From Octopus sinensis (taxonomy: Eukaryota), in assembly GCF_006345805.1 (NCBI RefSeq), contig NC_043015.1:49848001-49912000 (forward strand): a stretch of 64,000 nt of DNA, given 5' to 3'. Below are positions 49,701 to 61,168 of this stretch, one piece after another; positions within the stretch are counted from its first letter, which is position 1; each line of letters starts with the position of its first letter. A model generated the notes under the pieces. It was not told where the DNA came from and searched no databases. It was given only the letters and a program-made list of their open reading frames with translations. A program made the position numbers and the translations under genes.

Positions 49701-49909
49701 CTGTATACAACAATTTCTTTGACACACACGCACACACAAACACACACACTCACACACATACACGCACACACACACTCACGCACATACTAACACACACACT
49801 CTCACATACACGCGCACGCGCACAGTCACACACACACGCACGCGCACAGTCACACGCACATACTCACACACACACTCACACACACACACATTCACAAACA
49901 CACATTCTG

Positions 49910-50617
49910 CCAGCTCGCCGCCTTCGGGAATATCCGACATTTTGTGAGGCAGACCCAGCTGGTTTCCTCGAACGTTTCCTATTAAGCGGAGTGTTGGGCC
50001 AGAGACAAGAGACAATAGATGCAGTGGTAACACCCCTCCTCACCTGCTCCGAAGAAGATCAAGGTCGTTTCATCTGCAGCGAAGGTGATGGTCGTAGTTT
50101 TTGGGGATACAAAAGGTATTGTGTTTACTATTTTTCAAATGGTTACACCGTCAATGGTGAGTACTATGCTAGCTTGCTGAGGCAGTTAAAAGGCTATCAA
50201 GACCAAACGCTGAAGAAGACTGACGAATGGGGTTTTGTTTTATTAGGACAATGCTCCGGTACCACACAAGTTCTTGATTTCAATGGCTGCTGTGCGTGAC
50301 TACGGCTTTGAACTGGTTGATCGCCCACCTTATTCTCTTCATTTGACACCATCTGACTATCATCTGTTCTCCTGCATTAAGAAACACTTGGCTGGGATCC
50401 AGTATCGCAGTAATGATGACGTCATATCTGCCTTTGATGCCTTTTTTTTTTAACCAACAGGATGTTAGCTTCTTCTCCAATGGGATCCAAGCACCGCAAC
50501 ACCGGCGAAAGAAATGCGTGGATCGCTGAGGGGACTATGTTGAAAAATAAACCTCACCTGGTCACATTTCCTTAAAGGAGCTTGGTCAGCCTATGAACTT
50601 TTTAGCCGATCCTCGTA
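49910..50617 (+). pseudogene. Mariner transposase C-terminal half with 3' TIR
   Basis: GEYYASLLRQLK, QDNAP, PPYSLHLTPSDYHLF, GDYVEK*; ends GAACTTTTTAGCCGATCCTCG|TA. Confidence 0.88.
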
Positions 50618-50752
50618 CGAAAGGAGAAGTCAATTTGACTTTTCTGTTCTTCATTTAACTTATTGCTTTCTCTCATTAAAATTATTACTTTTCTAATTCA
50701 CTCTGTGGGGCTTATTTTAAGTTCACTAACCTTGGTGTTTTGCTGTGTTCCC

Positions 50753-50888
50753 TATATAATTTACATAATAATAAAAGCTCAATAGGGCCTTTTCGGCCCT
50801 TTAAATAATTAAAGCTTTTTCACTATAAAAATTAATTTCTAATAAATAAAATAGAGACAGTTAAATTCTCGTCAAACCATTCATTCTA
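50753..50888 (-). pseudogene. rrnL: NUMT: mitochondrial 16S rRNA fragment 1
   Basis: Minus strand AGAATGAATGGTTTGACGAG..CTGTCTCT..GTGAAAAAGCT..GAAAAGGCCCTATTGAGCTTT (conserved 16S blocks). Confidence 0.85.
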
Positions 50889-50907
50889 TATATATATAAT
50901 ATATATA

Positions 50908-51110
50908 CTCTTTTTACTCTTTTATTTGTTTCAGTCATTTGACTGCGGCCATGCTGGAGCACCGCCTTTAGTCGAGCAAATCGACCCCGGGACTTATTCT
51001 TTTGTAAGCCCAGTACTTATTCTATCGGCCTCTTTTGCCGATCCGCTAAGTGACGGGGACGTAAACGCACGGTTGTCAAGCAATGCTAGGGGGACAAACA
51101 CAGACACACA
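50908..51110 (-). mobile_element. SINE family A, 3' half, between the NUMT pieces
   Basis: Tail and body present; head absent. Confidence 0.85.
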
Positions 51111-51121
51111 AATATATATAT

Positions 51122-51294
51122 ATATATAATTTATTTATAAATAATTTCGGTTGGGGTGATCAAGGAATAAAAAGTATTTACGGATTATTATAACTTCCTT
51201 AAATTTGAATTCATTTGAATAATAAACCAAGTTTTTTGCTCAGAAGATAAGTTACCATAGGGATAACAGCGTAATTTTTTTTTGAGAGTTCATA
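51122..51294 (+). pseudogene. rrnL: NUMT: mitochondrial 16S rRNA fragment 2
   Basis: GGTTGGGGTGATCAAGGAATAAAA..AACTTCCTT..GAAGATAAGTTACCATAGGGATAACAGCGTAAT..GAGAGTTCATA. Confidence 0.92.
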
Positions 51295-51790
51295 GCAATC
51301 GAAGTCTTACGGATCTTTTTTTGATTTCGGAATACTACACTAACCACGATCCTGCATGAAATACTAATGAGGTAAAGATTGTAATAGTCCCTTACGTACG
51401 TACTCATGTTTCCATCTAACCACTCTCTCTAAGCATCATTTGCTTGAAACAATTAAATAAATAAATAAACAGCTACCCTCATTCATGGTATCTGTCCTTC
51501 ATCAAAACAGATGTTTCCGTATTTAATTCTGATGTAAAAACCCAAGGCGTTGTTTATGCTTCTTGTCTGGTGTTAGATTTCTATGCATCGAGTCGAAAGC
51601 AGAGTGGAAAGACCACGTGATTTCTTTTTAACGAGAGTTGCTTCCTTTAGATGCTGTTACACAACAAGCATCCTGTGAAAACGCTCATCACTATTGCCAT
51701 ACAAGGAAGGTTGGCTCACGCACACGTACACGTGTTTATAAGTGTGCGTGTGTACGTGCGCCGTGTGTATGTGTGTTTGTGTGGTATGTG

Positions 51791-51873
<83 letters not shown>

Positions 51874-52007
51874 TATATATATCTATATATTATATATATA
51901 TATATGTATGTATGTACATACACATGCATAATGCATACATACATACATACATACATACATACATACATACATACATACATACACATACATACATACATAC
52001 ATACATG

Positions 52008-52213
52008 TTCCTTCAAAACTTCCATGCTTCCTGAGATTCGCCAACACTACACCTGATTTTCTCCCCTCCATACACACACAAGCATGTATCTGACTCATAC
52101 ATTGTTCGCTTTCCAGACATTTCTACATTACTGCATGTACTTTATATGCACTTTCTGACAAGTTGTGGTGCACCTGAGCACTGTATACAATAATTTCATT
52201 ATTATTATTATTA
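52008..52213 (+). mobile_element. CR1 3' terminal fragment with (ATT)n tail
   Basis: SFKTSMLPEIRQHYT* plus UTR identical in layout to 841-1040. Confidence 0.85.
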
Positions 52214-52368
52214 TATATATCAGAATCTTTTGCGAGATAAAAATTCTTATATACACACGTTGACATAGAACCAACGTTGAACCCTTTATTCGCAAAATTA
52301 CCGAATCTGGAACTTAACTATGGTCTGCCTATAGCACTTATTCAGCATTACCTGACACCATTATCTCT

Positions 52369-52427
<59 letters not shown>

Positions 52428-52615
52428 CAGCCCTGTGTGGCTAATAAAGAAACATATCTATCTCATGCATGTATACTGCTTGTCTCAATGTATCTTATAT
52501 GAATATCTCTATACAGCCAGATATATATAGTGTGATAAGAAATTTGCTTCCCAACCGAAGGGTTCTGCATTCAATCCCACAATCCCATAGCATGGCACTT
52601 TAGACAAGTGCTTTT

Positions 52616-52980
52616 GGATCTTTTCCTTTTGAACGGCAGTTTTCAACGCAATTTCTAGTTACCTAAACACTTTTAAACTTCGTATACTGGTAGAATATGT
52701 CAAAATAAAACATTTTTTCTCTTGGCTTTCTTGAGAAAATTGCGATTTGTAAGTTTAACGTAGTTTAATTTTTCGAATTTTAACCAATCAATTGCCTCTA
52801 GTGAGCTAAAATCATTTGCTGCGTCTAAAACTGAGACAACATCCTAAAATTACAATTTTCTCAAGAAAGCCAAGAGAAAAAAGTGTTTTATTTTGACACA
52901 TTCTACCAGTATACGAAGTTTAAAAGTGTTTAGTTAACTAGAAATTGTGTTGAAAACTGCCGTTCAAAAGGAAAAGATCC
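52616..52980. mobile_element. GGATC-TIR MITE, foldback variant inserted in a SINE A head
   Basis: GGATCTTTTCCTTTTGAACGGCAG at both ends; ~140-bp inverted arms; flanks GTGCTTTT and GTGCTTTC. Confidence 0.85.
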
Positions 52981-53531
52981 GTGCTTTCTACTTAAACCTT
53001 GTGCCAACCAAAGCCTTGCGATTGGATTTAGTAGACAGAAACTAAAAGAAGCCTCAGTAAACACAGTTCAATTCGTGCAAGCATGGAAAAGTGGACATGA
53101 AAACGACGCGACAATTATTATCATAACATGTGTGTATGTATGTATGTATGGATGGATGGATGGATGATTGGATGGATGGATGGATGGATGGATGTGTGTG
53201 TGTGTGTGTTGGCATGCCATCACAAAAGAAAGTGTCCACGCCTTTCAAAATGAAGAATTTGCAGTGGGACATTTTAATAAAACAGTAACCCTGTGCGAGA
53301 ACAACAAACCAGATCCCTTTAGTTGTATGGGGCAGGGAGCAAAGATCACAAATCGTCAGGCACAGGCGTGGCTGTGTGGTAAGAGGTTTGCTTCCAAACC
53401 ACATAGTCTTGGGTTCAGTCCCACTGCGTGCCATGATAGGCAAGTGGTTCATATCATAGCCTCAGAACGATCAAAGCCATGTGAATGGATTTGGTTGATG
53501 GAAACCGAAAGAAACCCATCGTGTATATGTG

Positions 53532-53572
<41 letters not shown>

Positions 53573-53589
53573 TGTGTGTGTGTGTGTGT

Positions 53590-54055
53590 GGAGACGCAAT
53601 GGCCCAGTGGTTAGAGCAGCAGACTCGCGGTTTCGATTCCAAGGCCGGGCATTGTGAGTATTTATTGAGCGAAAACATCTGAAGCTCCACGAGGCTCCGG
53701 CAGGGGGTGGTAGCGAATCCTACTGCGCACTTTCACCACTACTTTCTCTCACTCTTTCTTCCTGCTTCTATTGTACCTGTATTTCAAAGGGCCAGCCTTG
53801 TCACACTCTGTGTCACACTGAATCTCCCCAAGAACTACGTTAAGGGCACACGTGTCTGTGGAGTGCTGCGACGTCACTGGTGCCAAGCTGTATCGGCCTT
53901 TGCCTTTCCCTTGGATAACATCGGTGGCGCGGAGAGGTCAGGCTGGTATGCCTGGGCGACTGCTGGTCTTCCATAAACAACCTTACCCAGACTTGTGCCT
54001 CGGAGGGTAACTTTCTAGGTGCAATCCCATGGTCATTCATGATCGAAGGGGGTCA
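53590..54055 (+). mobile_element. SINE family C with long composite tail
   Basis: TGGCCCAGTGG head, AAGCTCCACGAGGCTCCGGCAG; tail shared with 34300-34505. Confidence 0.8.
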
Positions 54056-54067
54056 CAACAATATAAT

Positions 54068-54146
<79 letters not shown>

Positions 54147-54307
54147 CTTTACTGCCCACAAGGGGCTAAATATGAGGGGACAAACAAGGACATACAAAGG
54201 GATTAAGTCGATTACATCGACCCCTGTGCGTAACTGGTATATATATACATACATATATATATATTATATATGTAACGGTTAGTTCGTTGCAATCGAGGGT
54301 CATCAAT

Positions 54308-54534
54308 TGTAACGGTTAAAATTTATTGCAACGGCATGTTGTAAGATGTGAAAGATGAACAGTGATTGAAGTTGTAGAGATACTTATTTACCGTTACTTT
54401 GTATATATCCAAAACCACGACGGGTTGGTATGTATAATTAGTAAATGGAAAAGCATGCGAGCTTAAATTTCGGCCTGCATATGTGTGTACACGATCTCAT
54501 AGTAGTATATATAGAGAGATATGATAATGTTACA
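54308..54534 (-). mobile_element. LTR-like segment with degenerate tRNA-Trp PBS
   Basis: TGTAAC..GTTACA termini; minus-strand AATAAA near the end; followed by ATTGATGACCCTCG (54307-54294), resembling ATTGGTGACCCC at 40978. Confidence 0.5.
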
Positions 54535-55826
54535 GAGAAAAGAAAGTGAGAATGGTGAAAGTGAGAGCGGTGGAACGAAACAACTGCTTCGTTGGTGAGT
54601 TAGCGTAGTTGTCCCTTTGTGCTTTTTCCTTTAGCGACGGCGTTTTCTTCAGCCGGTCAGCCAGACTTGGTCCTCACTAATTTCTTTTATTCGGCACATA
54701 GGCCGTGACACAAAGGGAACAGCACAAGGACAAAACAAAAAACATTTAGGGGCTGGTGATATACATTATTTAAAAATTGAATATAATGAAATCGGATGAA
54801 TTTATACAGTACAATGAAATCGAAATTACAGAGTTCTTGCTTTTATAACTATCCAAAACCAGCCAGAAGGATAGACATATTGTTGAGAATAATAGATTTC
54901 GTTGGCGGTCTGTTATCTCTATTCTAGCTTTTGGTGGCCAAGAAGAGGTTAGAAGGGTCAAGTGGCAAAGACATTATTCTGCTTAGCGAAGGCATCTGGC
55001 AAATGTAACTGCTGTCAATCACAGAAAAACTATTGTTTTACTGCGAGAAAAGTGCTGTTGAACTGTTAAGTGAAATTTGGCGATCGAGGATCGAATCTAC
55101 GCCATGCCTGCATGAAGCCACTACATATATATATACACCATAATTGGTTCCGAGTGACTGGTTGTAAGTCAAATTGGTCGTAAGTCGGCCTGTAGGCTTA
55201 TACATAGCTTTGTTTTATATTTTTACATTCTTAAGGTACATTCTCAGGTAAAAGTTACACAGTGTTCTGTATTTATACTATTATACTGGCGTTAGTAAAA
55301 AATTTCGGGGTCTCAAGCAGTCGTCTTTTAAACAAATACGAAGCTGCCTCGATGTCTCCACGACAGGATATTCATCCGTCACAGTGGAGATCGATAACGA
55401 AACCTAGGGGAAGCGTTTATTAGCTGACATCACCCGTAGATGGGTTAATTTATAGGGAATTAAACCCATTAGATTTCAACTGGACTTTTTACTATTGCAG
55501 CCGGGAGCTGGCGCGCCAATCGTCGTAATGTCGATCGGTCGTAAGTCGGATAGGTCGTAAATCGACGACGCATATAAACAACCAACACCGCACAAACACC
55601 ACATACACAACACACACACATGCTATTACATACACACACACACACACAGACTTGCGCGCATGCACGTACCCAAATATACCTCGTTCTCTTAATCTCTCCT
55701 GTCTTAGAAAGAACTTTTTCTTCACCCATTCCCTTCCGGTCGTTTCAAAATATAACCACACGTGAATCGTTGGCGATTTTTTTTTCCCTTCGTCTTCATT
55801 TTCTCTTCGACTTTCCTCCGTCTCCC

Positions 55827-55861
55827 GTTTCTGACGAAGAGCTTTGCTTGAAATGCAAAAC
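55827..55861 (+). ncRNA. Degenerate minimal type I hammerhead motif
   Basis: GUUU-CUGACGA-A-GAGC(uuu)GCUU-GAAA-UGCA-AAAC; stem III altered (CG to UG, U16.1 to C). Confidence 0.5.
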
Positions 55862-55969
55862 CACCTTTCTTTCCATCCCTGAGCGTCTGCTAATACTTTG
55901 CATATACCACATCATCGCGTTGCTTTTCTTTTCTTGTTGCGTTTGTTTTTCGTTTTTTCTTTGGGCGGG

Positions 55970-56042
<73 letters not shown>

Positions 56043-56049
56043 GTATATG

Positions 56050-56082
<33 letters not shown>

Positions 56083-56780
56083 GTATATATATATGTGTAT
56101 ATATATGTATACAGAAAAGAATTATATGTAGTTATTCTACCAAATATATACTTTTTAAAAATTATTTTGCACATTACTTTAATCATTGGTATATGTTTTA
56201 TCTTATATTTATCTTTCTTTAATATGTAATTTTTCTAAATGGTATAATTTAATTTTTCATTATTGAATTGATAAAAGGGTGTTTTTTTTTCTAATTTAAA
56301 CACAACACACACACACACATATATAGTATGTATGTTATAGTATATATATATATAATATATATATATCTATATATATATATATATATAATATATTATTATA
56401 ATAATGTTACAATTATTCAATAGTCAAGATAAAACTCTGAGTTTCGGATGCCGAAGTGGAATCGTATATAAAAATGTGTGTGTGTATGGTTTGTTATATA
56501 TGCGATACATTTGCCGAAAAATGCGAGTGAAGATGTGTACGTTTTCATAGTGACGTATACCTACACAGTAGGTCCGCTCGAGCGCACATGTGAGCGTATG
56601 AGTAGCCATGTTTACGTGTTTTCTATGAACTTTTAATCTTAATTTATATACCCGCACATATATTATATTTTGTGAAATTTGATTTAGTATTTCTAAATTG
56701 AATTTTTCCCTGTAAATTTGGAATAATATTCCCTCATATTATTATTATTATACGTATGTATATATATATATTATATAAAA

Positions 56781-56816
<36 letters not shown>

Positions 56817-57192
56817 AAGAGCTGATCTCCATTTGTCTTTCAGTCACATCAGAGGGAGGGAAAAGGGGTGAAATCAAAAGGGGAGATAACCTTGGCACAA
56901 CTTTTATATAGAAGGGGTGGAGCAAAAGTTGTTGAGAGAAAAACACAATGAGAGAAAGACAGAATTAAAATTTGTTTCAAGAAAAAAAAGCCCCCAAAAC
57001 AGGCCGTTGAAATATTAATATAATCACTGTCGTGTGTTTATGCTGAAGGATCTATTTCATCTTGACTAGGTCGTTACCCAGCAGCGTAGCAGCTAGTGAC
57101 GGCTAGTATATAAAATAGATATATAGGTTAGGTGGTGCAAACAGGAAAAGAGAACTCAAAACCTGAATATAATCTGATTAATTAATATAAAG

Positions 57193-57272
<80 letters not shown>

Positions 57273-57932
57273 GTATATAGATATATTTGTTCGTAATATT
57301 TTTATCTCGTTCGGCTTAACAGCCCTTCTTGTCTGTGTTACTGTTATTCTCCTTATCCTGTCTTTTACTGTTTATATTTTGTACTGTCGTTACTGTCCTG
57401 TTTTTGTTACCATTTTTACCCCTCCGCAAAAAAATCTGATTTTATTCAATTTGCTTTTCACGAGAAGGAATGTTTCAGTTAAAGTCGCATCTCGCCTTCA
57501 CCTTCGAAACGCGGAGTGGATGAAACCATGGCGACTGAAGAAGGAGAATTTTTCTTGTGTTATTTGTCCTGTACTCTATTTTTTCGTTGTTTAAAAAAAA
57601 TGCCCAGTTCCTTGGTTTTGTGTTTATGTTTTCGTTTTTCATTGTGTTCGACGTTTTTTTGGTGTCCTGTACCCATATATGCATGTATATATACATGTAG
57701 ATGTAGGTACGTACATATATGTATGTATATATGCATATTGTTTTATTATTAAGTTGTGTTATATATATATATATATATATATTTGTTGAAATAGAAGATG
57801 AATTTTCTTATTACAGATTATTCAAAAGTTTAACCGATACCTGGGTAGCAAAAATCACAGCAGAAAATACACGGTTGGAGATAAGACCATTTGGTGTTGC
57901 AACCGTGCGTTGGTGCGGATAATTGAAGTTTA

Positions 57933-58842
57933 ATATTATTATTGATGGAAGAAATGGAGTTGAACGAAGATTGTACAGAATTCCTTTTATTACATTCTAC
58001 ACATGTTTCAAAGGCCACAAATTTCCAAATTCTGATTAAATAAGGGTACCATATTGTGGCTTTCTCATCAGGAAAAAACAGGAATCCGTTGACAGAACAA
58101 AACAGAACAGAGGCGCAGCAATTCGAACGAGAGGCTCTTTAAGAGCCCATGGCTGAACTGTTTATCCTGTATGCTGAAATCGGGGATTTGGTGCGTTGAA
58201 GATATCTACAGGTCAGGCGGCGGTCATTTCTAGTGGGTGAGAGCAAGGGGAGTGGAGATGTTCTGTGTGACCAACTCTAATGTTCTGAATAATTTAAGAA
58301 TACTGGGTGTATTTTTTGGGGGCGAGACAAAAAACTACCTAAAAGCATGTATGTGTATACTGGCCTAAGTGTCGCGGCCGTGTGCTGGCGAGGGGGGCTA
58401 CACGGCCGCGCACACTTAGGCAGTAACACATACATGCTTTTAGGTAGTTTTTTGTCTCGCCCCAAAAATACACCCAGTTTCTTAAATATTCAGAACATTA
58501 GAGTTGGTCACACAGAACATCTCCACTCCCCTTGCTCTTACCCACTAGAACTGACCGCCGCCTGACTGTAGATATCTTCAACGCACCAAATCCCCGATTT
58601 CAGCATACATTGATAAACAGTTCAGCCATGGGCTCTTAAAGAGCCTCCTCGTTCGAATTGCTGCGCCTCTGTTCTGTTTTGTTCTGTCAACGGAATTCCT
58701 GTTTTTTCCTGATGAGAAAGCCACAATATGGTACCCTTATTTAATCAGAATTTGGAATTTGTGGCCTTTGAAACATGTGTAGAATGTAATAAAAGGAATT
58801 CTGTACAATCTTCGTTCAACTCCATTTCTTCCATTCAATAAT

Positions 58843-58850
<8 letters not shown>
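57933..58850. repeat. ~920-bp near-perfect palindrome (two ~450-bp arms, 16-nt loop at 58384-58399)
   Basis: Arms align throughout; differences are mostly 1-nt indels plus a few substitutions. Confidence 0.95.
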
Positions 58851-58885
<35 letters not shown>

Positions 58886-58889
<4 letters not shown>

Positions 58890-59094
58890 GGAGTAAACAC
58901 ATAAATGTGAAACAAGGTGGAAAAAAGAGTACTCAAATACCAGTGGTAGAGTAATATGCTTATTTTAAGCAGCAGAAAATTCAACAAAATCTGTTACTCT
59001 GAGTTCTCGTTGCCGTTCATCAAAAACTGTCTGATGACGGCAACGAGAAACTCAGAGTAACAGATTTTGTTGAATTTTCTGCTGCTTAAATAAG
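58886..59094. mobile_element. Penelope-like terminal repeat, head-to-head inverted pair
   Basis: 58959-59022 is the reverse complement of 59032-59094; the left arm continues to (TA)n at 58886. Confidence 0.65.
59027..59063 (+). ncRNA. Minimal type I hammerhead ribozyme motif
   Basis: CUGU-CUGAUGA-CG(GCAA)CGA-GAAA-CUC(A)GAG-UA-ACAG; predicted cut after GUA at 59059. Confidence 0.72.
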
Positions 59095-59767
59095 TCTCTT
59101 TCCTCCTTCATCCCCCTCCTCACCTTCCTTCTCCCCCATCGTCTCCTCTTCCCCCTTCTCCTCCCCCTCTTCTTCCCCTCCCCTCTCTCCCCCCTCTTCT
59201 CCCCTCCCCTCTTCTCCTCACTACACCACATGACTTTACACACATCACATCAAATTGATGTGCCATACTAATACACACACCAACTAATACATACTAATAC
59301 GTACTAATACATACTAGTACATACTAATACTTACACCACCCTATACATACACACGTCCAGACCCCGCATACGCACTTATACTCTCTCACACACACACACA
59401 CACACCTATACATACCATACGTACTAATACATACTAATACATACTATACATACACCACCCCAACATACGCACGTCCGACCATCTTACGCACTAATACTCT
59501 CTCATACACCACACACACACACACCCACACACCCGTATACATACTAATACTACACCAACCCTATACATACACACATCCAGGACCCCTCCCACGCACTTTT
59601 AGCTGGTCACTCAACCTTTTATCAACCCTATTATCTCCCCTTATTTCGCTCTCGCGTCTCATTTTGATCTTTGACCTCTGGCCGAAATCAGATCGCCATG
59701 TTGATTCGTTAGCTACTGCACGCATTTTTTTTCTCTCCTTCTTTCTGTGTTTTTCTCTCTCTGTGTA

Positions 59768-59805
59768 TCTTTCTGTTGAAGAGCGTAGGCTCGAAACGTT
59801 AAAGA
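59768..59805 (+). ncRNA. Hammerhead-like motif with variant core (A6U)
   Basis: UCUUU-CUGUUGA-A-GAGC(GUAG)GCUC-GAAA-CG-UU-AAAGA. Confidence 0.6.
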
Positions 59806-59902
59806 CTTGTTTTATTTATATTTCCTGAGCGCCATACTAATACAATTGTTCGTTTGTCTTCCACCTGCCTTCGTCTTTTGTTTATTTTCATAAAGCTTCC
59901 CG

Positions 59903-59937
<35 letters not shown>

Positions 59938-59939
<2 letters not shown>

Positions 59940-60100
59940 CGAAGGAGTGGCTGTGTGGTAAATAGCTTGCTTACCAACCACATGGTTCCGAGTTCATTCC
60001 CACTGTGTGGCACCTTGGGCAAGTGTCTTCTACTATAACCTCGGGGCGACCAAAGCCTTGGAAGTGGATTTGGTAGACAGAAACTGAAAGAAGCTCGTCG

Positions 60101-60134
<34 letters not shown>

Positions 60135-60365
60135 ATGTATGTGTGTATATGTTTGTGTGTCTGTGTTTCTCCCCCACCCACAACATCGCTTGACAACCGA
60201 TGCTGGTGTGTTTACGTCCCCGTAACTTAGCGGTTCGGCAAAAGAGACCTATGGAATAAGTACTAGGCTTACAAAGAATAAGTCCTGAGGTCGATTTGGT
60301 CGACTAAAGGCGGTGCTCCAGCAGGACCACGGTCAAATGACTGAAACAAGTAAAAGACTAAAAAG
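59938..60365 (+). mobile_element. SINE family A, full length
   Basis: Colinear with 26731-27134. Confidence 0.9.
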
Positions 60366-60384
60366 AGTATACATACATGCATAC

Positions 60385-60416
<32 letters not shown>

Positions 60417-60424
60417 TATATATT

Positions 60425-60755
60425 ATATTCACATTTCGTTTTTGAATCTGATTTGCAAGATTCTTGATATGAGTTCGTATGTTGAAGCATATTCTGTTGT
60501 CTGGGGAGAGTCATTTCCTTTTTGTGCCTTATTATGTAACACACTCACCGGTAAAATTTCACTTATTTCTTATTTTCCTAAAATTTTCGTTGCGTCTTGC
60601 AAACCTTTTCAAAGAGAATCAAGACTACTGAAAAGGCTGCAAGACGCAACGAAAATTTTAGGAAAATAAAAATAAGAAATAAGTGGAAATCTTACCGGTG
60701 AGTGTGTTACCTTATAAGGTACAAAAAGAAAATGACTCTCCCCAGACACAACAGT
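60425..60755. mobile_element. Penelope-like terminal repeat, head-to-head inverted pair with hammerhead-like motifs at both heads
   Basis: 60500-60612 mirrors 60628-60755; motifs at 60578-60615 (-) and 60625-60661 (+). Confidence 0.65.
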
Positions 60756-60887
60756 ATATATTCCCATTTATATTAGATAATAAATTGCATGCTATACAAC
60801 CTGTAGCTTACCGATAAAGCACATTTGCCTTCACAATGTTCGTTAGATATTTGTTTGAGAGAAGTGGAAGATACAAGAATGCTTATT

Positions 60888-60996
60888 AATTACTACAATT
60901 GTTTCGACGCATCTTACACGAATCCCACACAGGTGGCATACTTAACAAATGGTTTAGGCATATCCAACGGTGTAGATGTGTTTCTTCAATGTATCG
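60888..60996 (-). ncRNA. Hammerhead-like motif with long stem II, degenerate
   Basis: Minus strand ..UUGAAGA-AACACAUCU...AGAUGCGUC-GAAA-CAAUUG-UA-GUAAU. Confidence 0.4.
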
Positions 60997-61168
60997 ATTA
61001 TTTTTAATATTTTTTCTTTTCACTGTTTCTCTATTCATTGCATGTAATATTTACTTTTGATCGTCTATAAAAAAAAATGAATCTGTATCCCTTATTTAGC
61101 ACCTTTTCTAGACACAAACAGAAAAGATATCTTGTAGAATAGTTGTTATTTTAACGAGACACATCTTG

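Noticed and set aside
50753-51294. Functional rRNA gene
   Set aside because: Fragmentary, inverted and interrupted mitochondrial sequence in nuclear context, i.e. a NUMT.
55141-55575. Tigger/pogo-like MITE (GGTCGTAAGTCG repeats)
   Set aside because: Only one terminus is recognisable and no TSD pair was found.
56424-56460. Minus-strand CCGAAACUCAGAGUU, similar to stem III of the 59027 motif
   Set aside because: No matching CUGANGA or stem II partner found upstream.
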